Of a stretch of 64,000 nucleotides of DNA, positions 12,963 to 26,187 are shown one piece after another. A program made the position numbers and the translations under genes. The notes beneath the pieces are model-generated. The model did not search any database and had not been told where the DNA came from. It was given only the letters and a program-made list of their open reading frames with translations. The DNA is from Octopus sinensis (lineage: Eukaryota): the NCBI RefSeq assembly GCF_006345805.1, contig NC_043005.1, positions 33,232,001 through 33,296,000 of the forward strand, given 5' to 3'. The first letter of the stretch is position 1. Each line of letters starts with the position of its first letter.

Positions 12963-13500
12963 TTATTCCCGACTGAATTTTACCCATGTAAAAAATATAT
13001 ACGTGGAAATATAAATATAAATATAAATATTAATATAAATCTGTTTCGCCTCATGCTTGTCAGTTTTGATGTTGTAATGTTGGAATATTGTCCAGTGGAT
13101 ATAACTACTTACTTTATCGTGTCTGTATACATATTCAGACATGGCAAGGACTGGGCAGCCCGAGATAATTTGGTCAATTGTTTCATTGTGCTGGTTGCAC
13201 ATTCTGTATTTGGTGTTGAGGCCCGTTTTCATTATTTTGTTTTTATAATTGCTTGTAGTCTGGCATTGGTCTTGTGCAGCGAGAATCAGTCCTTCCGTTT
13301 CGGATTTTAATCCAGAGCTTTTGAGCCATCTTTGGTTTTTACTCTCTATGAAGCCTCGCAGAGTACTGGCCATGAAGTGATTTTTCTCTCCATTTCTTCT
13401 TCAGTATCTTTTGTAATTCACTTTTGATGTTGTTGATTTTTTGTTTTTTTTTTTGTTTTTCTGATCATTCCTGCTATGTTGTCAACTGAAGTCAACATTT
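12963..13500 (-). mobile_element. Older R4/Dong-like RLE retrotransposon fragment (zinc-knuckle region)
   Basis: WLKSSGLKSETEGLILAAQDQ...RMCNQHNETIDQIISGCPVLA..EY..RHDKV, the post-RT CCHC region of R4/Dong elements. Confidence 0.8.
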
Positions 13501-13689
13501 CAGTGTAGTTTGCTTCTGTTTTGTATTTTGTCGCCTCCTTGTCTATATAGAAAAGCGTTTTCTTTTTCGCATGTTGCTTTACTACATACAATAGTCTTCC
13601 CTATAATTATTATTATTATTGTTGTTGTTGTTGTTGCTGTTGTTGTTGTTGTTGTTGTTGTTGTTTTTATTGTTGTTGTTATTATCATT

Positions 13690-15062
13690 ATATGTTTGAC
13701 TTTTGCTTTGTACTTGTACAAGTTGATTCAAGAGACAAGTTAGAAGTTCGAGTTGGTGTTATGCCTTGTGTATCATATATTTGGTTTTACACAAAGTATT
13801 GTTCTAGAGAATGTTTAAGAAAACAAGAAATTACGAGTTTGTTTTAAAAGTTGAGATTACATAGTACGTTATGTAGTATATGGGCAGTTCCCATGAGCAC
13901 TATCTTATGAAAGTCTGCCATTTTGGGGGTTCCTCGTATCTGAGCTAGGGAGGAATCAGCACCTTTTGCTATCATTCCTATGGCACCTATGACAACAGAT
14001 ATTTCTTTAGTCTTGAGGTTCCACATTTTGACAATGTCTATTTCAAGATCTTTATACTTGCTCAAATTTTGGTAGGTCGTGACAGATACATTTATGCCGA
14101 TTGGTTCAGTCATATAAATGAGGAGGCATGATTTTTGTCTGAAGACCTTCAATATAATGTCTGGCCTATTTACATCTACCTTTCTCTCAGTTTGAACGGT
14201 GAAGGTCCAGAGGAGTGAGATGTGATCATTTTCAAGCATTGGAGGTGGTTTATGTTCCCATCAGTTTTTATCATGGGACAATTCCAAGATTTTGAAAATT
14301 ATCCAATGAATATATTGTGCTGCCTGTTGAGACTGCACATGGAGACAACATGATCAATGGCTTCCTTTTGTTGTTTACATTCACATGTTGGGCTACTGCT
14401 GTTCTTTAATATGTTGGCCTGGCAAGTTTCTTGTAGGTAGGCATTGAGCTTGGGCTGTTATGATAAACCCTTTTGTTTCTGATTTTAAGCCAGAAGACAC
14501 TAACCATTGATGAGTAAGGGCTTTGTCAACATCGGCGCTATTAGCTCTCTTCGGGTATTTGCCATCGAGACGTTTTTCTTGCCATTTATCATTAAGAATA
14601 TCTAAGGCAGCAGTTTTAGCAAGGGTTTTCATACGCTTAGCTTTTTCTGTGCTTGTTTCCAGTACGTCTAATTCTGGGATTTGTCGTATTTGGAATTCAC
14701 TTCGATATTAGATATTCCTCTGCCTGTTTTGTTACTGAGTATGATGTTTTCTTGTTTTCGTGCTTTGAGACAAGTTTTAACATCCAGTCATCAGAGTTTT
14801 TCAGGTAGGTGTCTAGGCCAATTGTGGCAATCTACATTGTCAATTCCAGTTGTAAAAGTCCACCCTCTCTTGGTAGGTAAAGTCGTTCTATATCTGCCTT
14901 AGGGTAGTGCAGTCTATGCATTGTCAACAATTTTCATATTTTCTGTCAAGATTACATATTTTTGTTATTGACCAGTTAATTATATTGAACCAGTAAGTCA
15001 CGACTGGTATGGCTAAAGTATTGATCGCTTGAAGATATTTGGCCTTATAGCCCCTGTTGAGA
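13690..15062 (-). mobile_element. 5-prime-truncated R4/Dong-like retrotransposon (family A): post-RT region, CCHC, RLE endonuclease and 3-prime UTR
   Basis: AINTLAIPVVTY.FNIINW, HYPKADIERLYLPR, WLVSSGLKSETKGFI.TAQ, NRPDIIL, KYKDLEIDI.KMW, VVIGAIG, KIVLMGTAHIL; ends in an (AAC)n(AAT)n tract at about 13605-13688. Confidence 0.9.
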
Positions 15063-15339
15063 TATAAACTACTATTCACGTCCAGGACCACCCCGCTACC
15101 ATCCGAGTCCAGGAAGATAGCTTGTACTTTGTACTTGGAGATCTAAGAATTTCTGGAGTAGCACTGCTATACAGCTACCTGCTCCCGATAAGGAATCAGG
15201 AAACATTTCAAAGTTGGAAAATATTATTGCTAGCGAATGTGATTATGTTTTGAATGAATAAACATATTTACGGTATGTTTTATGCAGATCTGAACTCATT
15301 ACGTGAAATGGGACATTAATTTGGGGTACCCCTAATATG

Positions 15340-15812
15340 TGCATATGTATGGTTTTCTTTGAGTTTTACTTAAGTTCTTGAAATAGTTCAAGCCGGTTGC
15401 TAACAAAGCGACAAGACTTTTGAGTTAAGAGAGCTCCCGGTGTTTGTAAATATGTGGTTTAGTTGGTGTGTTGGTTGAACTGTCGATGGATATACGCAAG
15501 TGTATGCATCTATTCACATAAGAATCTCTGATGGAGAACTTTGGGTATGTGTTGGAAATTTTCACTATGCCATGAATAGATTGGATTTGGAGAATCTATG
15601 TAAATTTCTTTCGCTCTTTCTCCGTGAAACCGAGTATCTCTAGGTTTTTGTGCAATTTTTTTGGTACATAACTTAATGCACCTATGACGATAGGTACAAA
15701 TGAGAATCCATGGTACGAGTACAAGAGGTGTACGTTCGACATTAATTCGCCATAACTGGTCCCTTTTTTGGTGGACTTTTGATGGTACATTCACATCCGC
15801 TGATCAGCTGAC
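15340..15812 (-). mobile_element. RLE retrotransposon 3-prime fragment, family B, copy 1
   Basis: YGELM.N.HLLYSYHGFSFVPIVIGALSYVPKKLHKNLEILGFTEKE, homologous to 47010-47300. Confidence 0.75.
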
Positions 15813-15869
15813 CTCTACAGCAGTGCATTACTTTTGTTCCCTGCTCCACAGAAAAATATTAGGTCTGTT

Positions 15870-16100
15870 ATGTATACATGCATGTATGTATGTATTCATG
15901 TACGCATGCATGTACCTATGTACGTATGTATTTATGTATATATATATATATATATATATACATAAATGTATGTGTGCATGTAGACATGTATGTATGTATG
16001 TATGTATGTATGTATGTATGTACGTACGTATGTATGTATGTATGTATGTATGTATGTATGTATGTATGTATGTATGTATGTATGTATATACGTATGTCTA
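15870..16100. repeat. (TATG)n / (TA)n compound microsatellite
   Basis: Read directly. Similar compound tracts occur at about 16420-16690, 18617-18762, 19930-20065, 26128-26370, 46789-47000, 49300-49386 and 58405-58698. Confidence 0.95.
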
Positions 16101-16506
16101 TACACATATACGCAGGTTTACATGCTCACCACTAGCACACATGTATACACACTCACGTTCACACGCCTCTTGGTGATCTGAAGAATTTATCATCGTAATT
16201 TGACATTTTACTCAACGCCAAAGTTAAACTCGTTTTTTTTTTTCATGTTGACTACAAGATATGCTATGTATATTTAAAACTTAACAGCCGCATATTTAAC
16301 TATATATATGTATATTACTATAATGATTACAACTACGCACAGAATACTATATAGATTACATTTGCAGATTCTGCAGAAGACAACTATTTTACATCGACAT
16401 AGAAACGGAAACATAAGATGAATACATACATGTGTATGTATAAATGTATACGTATATACACATGAATGTATACATATATGCATGAATATATACATGTGTT
16501 TATATA

Positions 16507-16592
<86 letters not shown>

Positions 16593-16826
16593 ATATATCT
16601 ATATATATATATATATGTATACACATGTATATATATATGCATATATGTATTCCTATATACATATATATGTCTATGCATGCATGTGTGTGCATGCACCCAT
16701 ACTCCCACACGCACGCACTTGTCATTCAACAAAAGTGTTAATTTTCAAAGAAATTTAACATGAGAAAAGCCATTTTCAAAACTCAAACTTAATAAGCAAC
16801 ATCCATCAACAATAGAGAGGAAAAGG

Positions 16827-16877
16827 GAGTGAGTGAGTGAGTGAGTGAGTGAGTGAGTGAGTGAGTGAGTGAGTGAG
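16827..16877. repeat. (GAGT)n microsatellite
   Basis: Read directly. Confidence 0.95.
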
Positions 16878-17857
16878 GGTGGGATGGAGAGAGAGGAGGA
16901 CAGAGAGGCATGCATTCACTGATGTACAGTTATGGTGGTGCTATGTACAATACTGCAATTATAACAAATGTTTAATGTGAATGTGGCTATGATGATGATC
17001 ATGATGACGAGGAGGAGGAGGATGTTGTTGTAGGTGGTGGTTGTAGTGGCGGTGGTAGTGGCGTTGGTGGTGGTGGTGATGGTGGTGATAGTGGTGCAGG
17101 CAATGGCAGCTGCGGCGGCACTGCAACATACAGCAGAAAAGTTGCCCAGTTTTGTGAGCCAGAGAGTTTAGTAGAGCTTCTAAGTAAAGTTGTGAACAAG
17201 AGGGGCAACACCGAAAATTTAAGGCCTACAAAATGAATTCACATCTCACCGGACAGGAGCTTCTTGTGGAAGGGACGTATTTTGCTAGTCAGGCCGCTCA
17301 TCTGATGCCAACGCCCCGCGACAGCTGAAAATGAGGAAGGCTTACCTGAGATTGTGACATCTACAGACGATGAGCAGGTGTGATTCTCGTTTTTCTAGCA
17401 AGTTTCTCCACCGTTCGCTCTTTGACAAAACTAGAATTCTGAGTCAAGGAAAAACAGAGATTAGGGTTTGGTATTAGAATGTTGTAAGGTGCTCACAGTT
17501 CGGTGCAAGCCGGACAGTGTGATCAATGTTATGTAAACTATTCTATATAGGGAAGTCCCTCTTCAATATGGGAATCATTCTCTAGAGTACGGAATCATCC
17601 CTTTGACTGGTAAGCAGGAATGATGTCATTCTGGGACATACTCTAAACAGTGCACAAAATCCACAGAACATTGCAAGAGACATTCAGCCCAGGAAACTAT
17701 GAATAACTTCCAAAAACTGTTGCTCGGACAGTACCATAGAGTTACCACAGTGGAACTACGGTGGCACTATAGTGATACTATCTTAGTAAAACAGTGATAC
17801 CTCTGTCATCTGGCCGATTCACAAATTCAACACAAAAGGCGTATAGGCGGAGGTGTT

Positions 17858-18030
17858 AAAGTATCGAATATGCTCAACCATATTTGTTTCGATACTCTAC
17901 ACTCTGAGTTCAAATCCTATTTACGTCAGCTTTGATTTGCACTTTTCTGAAGGTTGATAATGGAAAATTCTGGGGTCGATGGCATCGACTAACCACCGCC
18001 TCACAATATTACTTACGTTGTGACTAGATC
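17858..18030 (+). mobile_element. Highly degenerate tRNA-headed SINE
   Basis: B-box-like GAGTTCAAATCC followed by GGGGTCGAT..ATCGACTAA as in family 1. Confidence 0.45.
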
Positions 18031-18057
18031 AGAAACCCTTATTATTATCGTCATCAA

Positions 18058-18270
18058 AGACGGTGAGGAGGCAGAATCGTTAGCATACCGGACAAAATGC
18101 TTATTGGCATTTATTCCAGCTGTATATTTTGAGTTCAAATTCCACCGAGGTCAACTTTGTCTTTCCACCTTTCAAGATTGATGAAATAAGTAATGGTTGA
18201 GCATTTGAGTCGATAACATCGACTAATCCCTTCCCTCAAAATTACGAGCCTTGTGACTTAAACAGAAGCC
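18058..18270 (+). mobile_element. tRNA-headed SINE (family 1)
   Basis: GGCAGAATCGTTAGCA head, B box GAGTTCAAATTCC, GAGGTCAACTTTG body. Confidence 0.65.
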
Positions 18271-18613
18271 ATCATTATCATCGTCATCCCCATCATCATT
18301 ATCATCATCATCATCATAATCACCACCTCCACCATTATTATCATCATTATTGTTCTTGTTATTCTTCATTATCTTATTTCCATTCTTATTTATTATTATT
18401 GTTATTGCTATTGTTGCTGTTGTTTTTGTTGTTCTAGATGTATGCGTGACAAGCGAAATGTTTCGTTTGTTTTTGCTCTTAAGATTTTTTTGTTTTTATT
18501 GTGGTAATTTTTCTTAGCTTTTTTGCGTTCTCTTATTTTCTCTTTTTTTTCTTGCTTCATAGTTTAGAAGTTCCATATTCTCTTTCTCCTTTCCCCCTCT
18601 CACTCTTTCTCTC

Positions 18614-18648
<35 letters not shown>

Positions 18649-18676
18649 GTATGTATGTACGTACGTACGTATGTAC

Positions 18677-18707
<31 letters not shown>

Positions 18708-19948
18708 TGTATGTATGAATGTATGTATGTATGTATGTATGTATGTATGTATGTATGTATGTAGATGCGCGCGGGCATCTCCTTAACCAGATTAACGAAA
18801 CAATTTTGAGTGGCTTTACAAATGTTTACTGCTTGAGACGTCATGTCAAGGGTACACAGATTTTCATAATTAACTAACTGCAAAGCAAGATACCAAAGCT
18901 TCTTCTCTCCACGTAAAGGCGGAATCACTTGGCAGGTAAAGTTACATGGGAAACTTGTTTCATTACGATGTTACATCTACAGCTATAATGTTTGCCAGCC
19001 TCACGGCTCCCATTTCATTGTTTCAAAGTGACAGCTTGTTGATTTTCACGTATTGTTAACCGCCCTTTCTCTACGTACCTTTTTGCAAATGAAGACAGCA
19101 ACTAGTTTTATCGCCCTTGTGGCAATAAACGACATCATTATTATGGTTGCTGTTAGTTATTTGCGGCGGAAGTAGTACTAGCAGCGAATAGCAATCTTTA
19201 TATCCAACTTAACGTAGCTGTACTTTAAGAACGCGATAATACGACAGTACTTCTCTTATGAAAGCAATTAGTGTAGATTTACTGTGTTGAAAGTCTCAGA
19301 AGTATCAGTAGCGGATGAAAGATGTCCAGGAATGACCATGAAACTGCTAGATCACGCATTTCCAGCATATGCTCGTTATCAGCAGCGGTATCCATCATCA
19401 CCGTCAAAATTCGTCACTCCTGATATATAGAAAAGCAATAGCTAATCCGTCACTGGTGTCGAAAAGAACTGGCAAATCGCCACACACTGTGGATCCATAT
19501 TCTCAAGGAAACAATTTAAATGAACGTTTTTCCTTCTACTCCTACACCTCCTCTTAATACTTTAAACCTTTTCTTACACTTCAACTACTCTCACTCTTCA
19601 TCTTTTACTTTCATCTCAATCGCGACTTTGCCTGCTTCTCCTCATTCCGTTACACTTTCCTTCTTGCACTGTGTTTCTCCTACCACTTCTTGTTCACGTA
19701 TGAAGCTCGTGTGGTTCGACGTCCCTTGTCTTTTGCAGCCAGTTTTTTTTTCTTTCTTTTTTAAACTAAGATGATGTAAAAGTCTACTGTCGATCATTAA
19801 CTTCTCTCCTTTCGACTTTTCTCCTGAAGAAAGCCTGTGTCTGAAACGTTAGTTTCCACTCCTCACATCAAGATCACTCTACTCTTTTTATACAAGCCTT
19901 ATCAGAGTCTGTTTCATCACAGATACACATACATCCATGCATCCATGC

Positions 19949-20009
<61 letters not shown>

Positions 20010-20385
20010 TATGCATATATATGTGTATGTATATATATATATGTATATATATATGTGTGTGTGTGCTGACATGCGCGCCCATGGACAGATGCGCACGCTC
20101 GCATCAATACACACATGCACGCAAAACTATATGAGCGCGTCTGCACGCCCATTTATAGAGCTATATACTTGCACATGCCACCCCTTCCTGTTTCTCCCCC
20201 AACAACCTGACCGATTTCCTCTCCGCCACGTGGTCTATTTCCTGTCTTCCACGTGGTCAATTTCCTGTTCACCATGCGGTATTTTCCAACTAACTGTTAC
20301 CCATATACCAGCATCAAGCCACGACACCGCGTGACCGTCCTCCACCAATCGTTAATAACTATCAACTTCTGTCATTCAAATTTAA

Positions 20386-20430
20386 AATGGCTGACGACTA
20401 GCATCACGCTTGAAACTCAAGAGTACCAAT
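20386..20430 (+). ncRNA. Minimal type I hammerhead ribozyme candidate
   Basis: TGG-CTGACGA-CTAGC-ATCAC-GCTT-GAAA-CTC-AA-GAG-TA^CCA: core intact, good stem III with a 2-nt loop, imperfect stem II base, 3-bp stem I. Confidence 0.55.
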
Positions 20431-20535
20431 AAATTTTAATCAAACTGTTTTGATCCATACATGTAACTCCCATAAATTTGTTGAGTGCCCTAGTTTCGTT
20501 TGTCCACTCACTCGCATATATATATATGTGTGTGT

Positions 20536-20586
<51 letters not shown>

Positions 20587-20989
20587 AGAAACTAAAGAAG
20601 GAAAATGCACACACTTTTCATAGGTTTGATATATTTTTAAGTATATTTTATATTGTGTTTGCCCACCGGTTTCGCTTTCGCTAATCATGACATTAAAATT
20701 ATTTACGTATTTTCTTAAGAAAATTTTTTTGTCCATGTTGCGTGTGGAGTTTATGAATGAATGATTCAACAAGTAGAAAAATCTAAGGGGAGGTAATCGG
20801 TGATCGTTATTATTATGGACAGAGGGGATAATTTTTCATCTTTCAGTGGAGTGGAAAATGTACACAAAAATTCAAAAGCTAGAGTAGTGGGGAGAAATAT
20901 GTACAATGATGGGTGTGTAATCGTGAATTAAAATATGTATAGAGATCAAAGTTGGTTATGCGTGCATATTTACACGTGTTCTGTATTTT

Positions 20990-21600
20990 TCAATGAATAA
21001 ATTTTCTTTATTTAAATTTTCTTGTATAGAAATTGTATCGTTTCACGGGTAGAAGGGGAAAACTATGAAATTTGGTTTGATGTTACCTGAACATCTGTCT
21101 ATGCATTCACTTAAAGGAATCTGTCTGTATTGCAGGACCGAATCTGCTCTTTATGTAGAGTGGTTCTCCGTCTCAATGTCATACTCGTCTATCCTATATA
21201 GTGATGTCCTCAACTCTAGTAGGTTATTACATAAATTAGATTCTCAGAGGCACAAGTGAAGTTGGCTTAAATTGTGAACCTCTCTCCTTGTTTGAAAAGG
21301 AAATCCGAGCCTTCAATTAGGTTGGGACATATTCCACAGTTTGGACGTCCACATTTTTTAACCGTTGTTTTCGTGGTCGTGTAAGGCTTCGCATTTGTTA
21401 GATTAGTGTTGGTGGCTGCACTGGTATTGGAAAGAAAAGATTTTTTCCACAGGTCAAGATCCTTCCCAAATGAGGACTGCAGATTACTTTTTGTGGGGGC
21501 TCTGATTGGTGCTTGCAGGAATACCTGCAAGCCGCAAAAGAGTTAATGGGGGAGTAATGTAAGAGATTTATCGCCTCCATATGTATGTGTATAAATTTTG
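20990..21600 (-). mobile_element. Penelope-like element GIY-YIG endonuclease fragment
   Basis: KKCGRPNCGICPNLIEGSDFLFKQGERFTI followed by degenerate GIY-YIG sequence; the C-x4-C-x2-C linker is typical of PLEs. Confidence 0.75.
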
Positions 21601-21827
21601 TTTCTTTTGTGATGGACTTCTAGTCCAATATTTTGTATATATTTGTAAGAGGTTTAATACCTCTATATATGTTGTTTTTTAACGAATAATGTTTTAGAAA
21701 AGCAAAGGGTCGGCGGCGCTTTCTGTCTTTATCATCTTGTATAATTATCATTCGCTTCATTAATGTCTTGACCAACCCGCAAATCTACATATCCGTATAC
21801 TGCTTTCATGGCAAATGATATAAAATA

Positions 21828-22211
21828 AAGTAGCTTGCTTACCAGCCACATGGTTCCGGGTTCAGTCCCACTGCGTGGCATCTTGGGCAAGTGCCTTCTA
21901 CTATAGCCTCGGGCCGACCAAAGCCTTGTGAATGGATTTGGTAGACGGAAACTGAAAGGAGCCCGTCGTATATATGTATATATATGTGTATGTGTATGTT
22001 TGTGTGTCTGTGTTTGTCCCTCCTAGCATTGCTTGACAACTAATGCTGGTATGTTTATGTCTCCGTAACTTAGCGTTTCGGCAAAAGAGAACGATAGAAT
22101 AAGTACTAGGCTTACAAAGAATAAGTCTCGGGGTCAATTTGGTCGACTAAAGGCGGTGCTCCAGCATGGCCGCAGTCAAATGACTGAAACAAGTAAATGA
22201 GTAAAAGAGTA
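21828..22211 (+). mobile_element. tRNA-headed SINE (family 2), lacking its first 20 or so nt
   Basis: B-box-like GGTTCAGTCCC, CTTGGGCAAGTG core-like block, internal microsatellite, tail GGCGGTGCTCCAGCATGGCCGCAGTCAAATGACTGAAAC plus short tandem repeats. Confidence 0.9.
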
Positions 22212-23315
22212 TATTGATTTTTGTTGCAGAGAGAGTTTTATTTGATAAATTTATTACTTTGGGTTTTTCCCTCAGGTTTTGTTCCAACGTGTGTCCCTGT
22301 TTCTTTCCACTCGGTCTAAAAAATGTTTATTGTAATTTGGTTGGTAGAAGTTATTAGTATTATTATTGTTGTTAATTATATCAGTTTTATTAATGTTATT
22401 ATTTATTATATTGGCATTGCTGGGGGGTTGGTGTTGCTGTCTGGGTGGAATAAATTGTTGGAGTGCTTAATTATGTTTAGGATGTTGAGGAGTTGGTTGT
22501 GCTGTCTGGGTAAATAGGTTGAGAATCCGTAGGTTGAGCTTCTTCGTTGAGGAGTGGAGGAAATCCTTTGAACGTTTCTAGTTACTAGGAAGAAAAAATT
22601 ACTTCTAACCCTAGGTTGGTTTCTTTTTGTATTTCTTATTAGTGAGTTGTCCCTATTACTAGACTAAGAATGGTTTACTTCCAGGTGAGAAGTCAGTTTT
22701 GTGTGTCTGTGTCCTTTTAGATGTTTATAGTTTGACCTAGGTGGACATGTATTTATTTCTGTAGATGTACTTGTTCCAGGATTTTTCAGGAATGGGGTTA
22801 TCTGAGATTTAGTCTCTTTTAAATTGGGTTTTGTAACTAAGGAAAAAATTAACAATGTTTTCCCATCAGCGCAGGGAATTTATTTTCTCCGACTCTCAGC
22901 TATCTTTCCATAGTTTTATAATACTTTCCAAAAGTTGTTCATCAGCATGTTTAGTGAGTTTGGTGAGCATTTCTTCATCGATCGTTTAATATTTTTGTTC
23001 GTTGTTCGATACTCTAAATTTAAGTAACTCAATCTCTATCTTCATTTTCTCTAGTGCTAATTTCTCCCTAAGCTTTCTTTGTTGTTTGGGTTCTTCTGGG
23101 ATAGGTTTGTTTTTGTGCGGCAGAATTAATGGTGTTTAATTAATCCAGTTTTCAGATAGTTCTGTCTTATTACTATTTTTTATCATGTTCCAAAAATATA
23201 TTTAAAATATATTAAAACGATGTAAAGTGTGTGCATTTTCCTTCTTTAATTTCTTTTATATATATTACAACTCAGCACGTGGGGATAATCGAAATTCCTC
23301 CCTTTCTGTTATATA

Positions 23316-23355
<40 letters not shown>

Positions 23356-23649
23356 TATATAGGAGAATTTGTTTTTGAAAATGCACCTGAATTTTTAAAA
23401 TTTGTAATTATTTTTAAATAAATTTATTTACATACATACCAAACTAGTTTCAAATTTTTTTTTTTATCAATAGTATAAACGTATAAGATTTCAAATATTT
23501 AAAATTGCGAAGTAGAAAACATGTTTAAATGTTCACAAAATTCAATTATGTCAAAAATGATAGGCGAAGGATATAAAAAATATGCATCACCAAAAGTTCG
23601 GACATACTGAGTTAAGAGAGAGAAAAATAAGAAAATATGAGAGTAAAGA

Positions 23650-25580
23650 GATGGTTTTGCTACAGTTTCTGTCATCTTGCGTGTGATTCTGTTTTCCGTC
23701 GCGTACTGGGATTTTTGCTTGTAACGGTTTGTTTGGAATCAGTGTATTTACAATTTTTTTCCGTGAACGGATCTGATTTTTGATTCATTATAGTTCTGAT
23801 ATCTAATTCTTTCTAGTGGTCAAGTTTAGCATTCTGCCTGGTTGACTTCCCTGTGGAGATAGTCATTGAACGTTCCAGCTGGTTGATTCTCTTAAAGGGT
23901 TTATTTGTTTTGTTTTGTTTTTTCCTGAGGGTTCGGTGCTGATCGGAGGCAAAATTTCATTGGTCTAGAGATGGGTGACGTCAGCAACTGGTGTTTGTAT
24001 TGTGCTATTGTATGGTGATTTGGAGTTGCGGTTTCGAAACATGAGTGGAAAGTTTTTGAATTATGTCCGTTGTATCTGGCTATCGTTTTTCTTTTTTTAG
24101 AAATTTAGTTTTTTCTTTATTTTAGTGTTTTTCCCTCTTCCTAAAGGATATTTAGCTGTGGTTTACATTTTTATTGAGTATGCTTTCCTTATTCAATCAG
24201 AATTAGGCTGAAGTGTTTCCAGTGCATTGATAGAGAGGGAAGATTTGGTATTTCGGGTTTATGTTTGCAGGGCATTGGTCTAGGTGTTTGCTTACGGGAA
24301 TTTTCCTCGTCATAGGGTCCTGGATTTTTTGCCTGTGTACTGTCAGTCTGTCCCTCAAGGTCAAACACCCACCACATATCAGGACATAGCTTAAGTTCTT
24401 CGATGCACAGGTGAAGTGATTTTTTTATGGTAAAAGTTTGACCTGATTTAAATTTATATGTTGAGCCCTCCAAGGGGTAGATGCAAGTCCCGCAATTTCG
24501 GCGGTTGCATGGCGTTGTATTTTTGATGGGTAATTTGGTGCTGATGAGTAGCCTTTTTAGGGATTGTGGTTCTTTTTTCATTCGCAGGTCATTCATAAGG
24601 AGGGGTATGTTTTGGTGGATGATGTATGCTTCCATGTTTATCGGACTGTGTGTTCATGCGTAAGATAAAGTTTTAAGTGTGTCATGGGATTTTCTTGTTT
24701 GCCGTAATTCTTGGATGTCTATCGTTTTTGCAAATTCTATTCCGTTTTTGATTTAACTAGCCAGATATTTTCTTGCTAGTAATATGTTTTTAAGTTCTTG
24801 AAGTTGTTTATCTCAGGTTTCGGGATTTGATGCAATCGCGCAAATTCTTCTTGCTAAGTTGAACGGTATATTTATTTTAGTGCGTTTTGAGCGGCAGGAA
24901 AAGAATAAAAGATATTATTATGAGTCCGTTGGTTTGAAGAAAATGTCAGTTTCAATTTCAGTATCAAAGATGTCCAGGAAGGGTAACTATTTGTGGCTGT
25001 ATTCCATTGTAAGTTGGATACTGTCGTTAATACTGTTGATTATGTTTTTAAATTTTAAGTGTTGCTCAAGGCTATGCGACCACAGAATGAAACAATCATC
25101 CAGGTAGCGTTTCCATTTGATAAGTATTTTTAGAAGTTGTCTCCAAATATCAGTCTAGCATGTTCGTATATTTGGACTTCCAAGTATACCATGACAAAGT
25201 TAGCAAACGAAGGAGCTTCCCTTCACAGTGCCCGATTTTTGTCGATAGGTGTCCTCATTGAAGTTGAAGAACTTCTGTAGGATGAACTTTATTCCTTCAG
25301 TGATGAATCCTTTTCTGATTCCGTCAGAAATGTCGTCTAGGATTTTTCCATCCGGAATTGTATGGCTTTTATTCTGTATTCATGAAGAATCGAGGTGTAG
25401 GGATTTATTACCTCGAATGAAACCAGAAGGGAATCATTGCTAGTTTTGTTCAGGAGATGGTTTAAAAAGTCCAGATCATCCCTTATAAAGTTCGATATAA
25501 GTTGGAAAATAGGTTTTAGGAGGACGTCAATAAAGTTACTTTAAAAGATGGAGTATCCCATGCCCTGCACACTTGTAATT
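23650..25580 (-). mobile_element. Decayed Penelope-like element: RT + GIY-YIG
   Basis: FIRDDLDFLNHL, VSFEVINPYTSI (motif A), YRQKSGT.KGS (motif B), KWKRYLDDCFILW (YxDD), then PCNRRNCGTCIY and a GIY-YIG remnant ending near 24140. Confidence 0.85.
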
Positions 25581-25753
25581 TTCATCAACTAAAATATGGT
25601 GCAGATATATGCATGTGACTATTTATATTTGCATCTATCTATATATGCATATGTATACATATGTATATACACACATACACACCCACCCACACACCCACAT
25701 ATATATATATATACAGAGAGAGATAGATATATGAATATATACATATGCATATG

Positions 25754-25800
<47 letters not shown>

Positions 25801-25942
25801 CATAAATGAGGGCAAAGGAAAAAATTTCTAACGCCAAATATGCCGAAAAATTGGACATATTGTCCATTAACCATATAATTTTTTCACAAAACGCACGCTA
25901 CTCGAAAAAAGGTCGACAGAAATTTCTAAAAAATTCCATTAT

Positions 25943-26000
25943 TACCATATCGGACCGATTTCAGAGTTAGCTACTAAGAGCCCTCTCTTCGTCAGTGATA
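25943..26000 (-). ncRNA. Type I hammerhead ribozyme candidate upstream of the PLE
   Basis: Minus strand TATCA-CTGACGA-AGAG-(18 nt)-CTCT-GAAA-TCG-GTC-CGA-TA^TGGTA: intact core, stems I-III formable, AUA cleavage triplet. Confidence 0.7.
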
Positions 26001-26125
26001 CATGTGGCAGAGGAAATAAACGAGATACTTACTCGCACCCATGGAAGAAGCAAACACTAAGTCATGAGCACAACTAAAATTTTTTTCGAAAGAAATATTT
26101 TTTCGAAAGAAATTTTATCCTCATT

Positions 26126-26187
<62 letters not shown>

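Noticed and set aside
16990-17760. Gly/Asp-rich open frame followed by GC-richer sequence; possible exon or RTE-LINE 5-prime region with an HDV-like ribozyme
   Set aside because: The frame derives from GAT/GGT repeats and has no start or splice support. I could not build the HDV P1/P3 pairings, and the RTE resemblance is too faint.
19820-19855. CTGAAGA...GAAACGTT hammerhead-like motif
   Set aside because: Only 2 bp of stem II and no stem I pairing.
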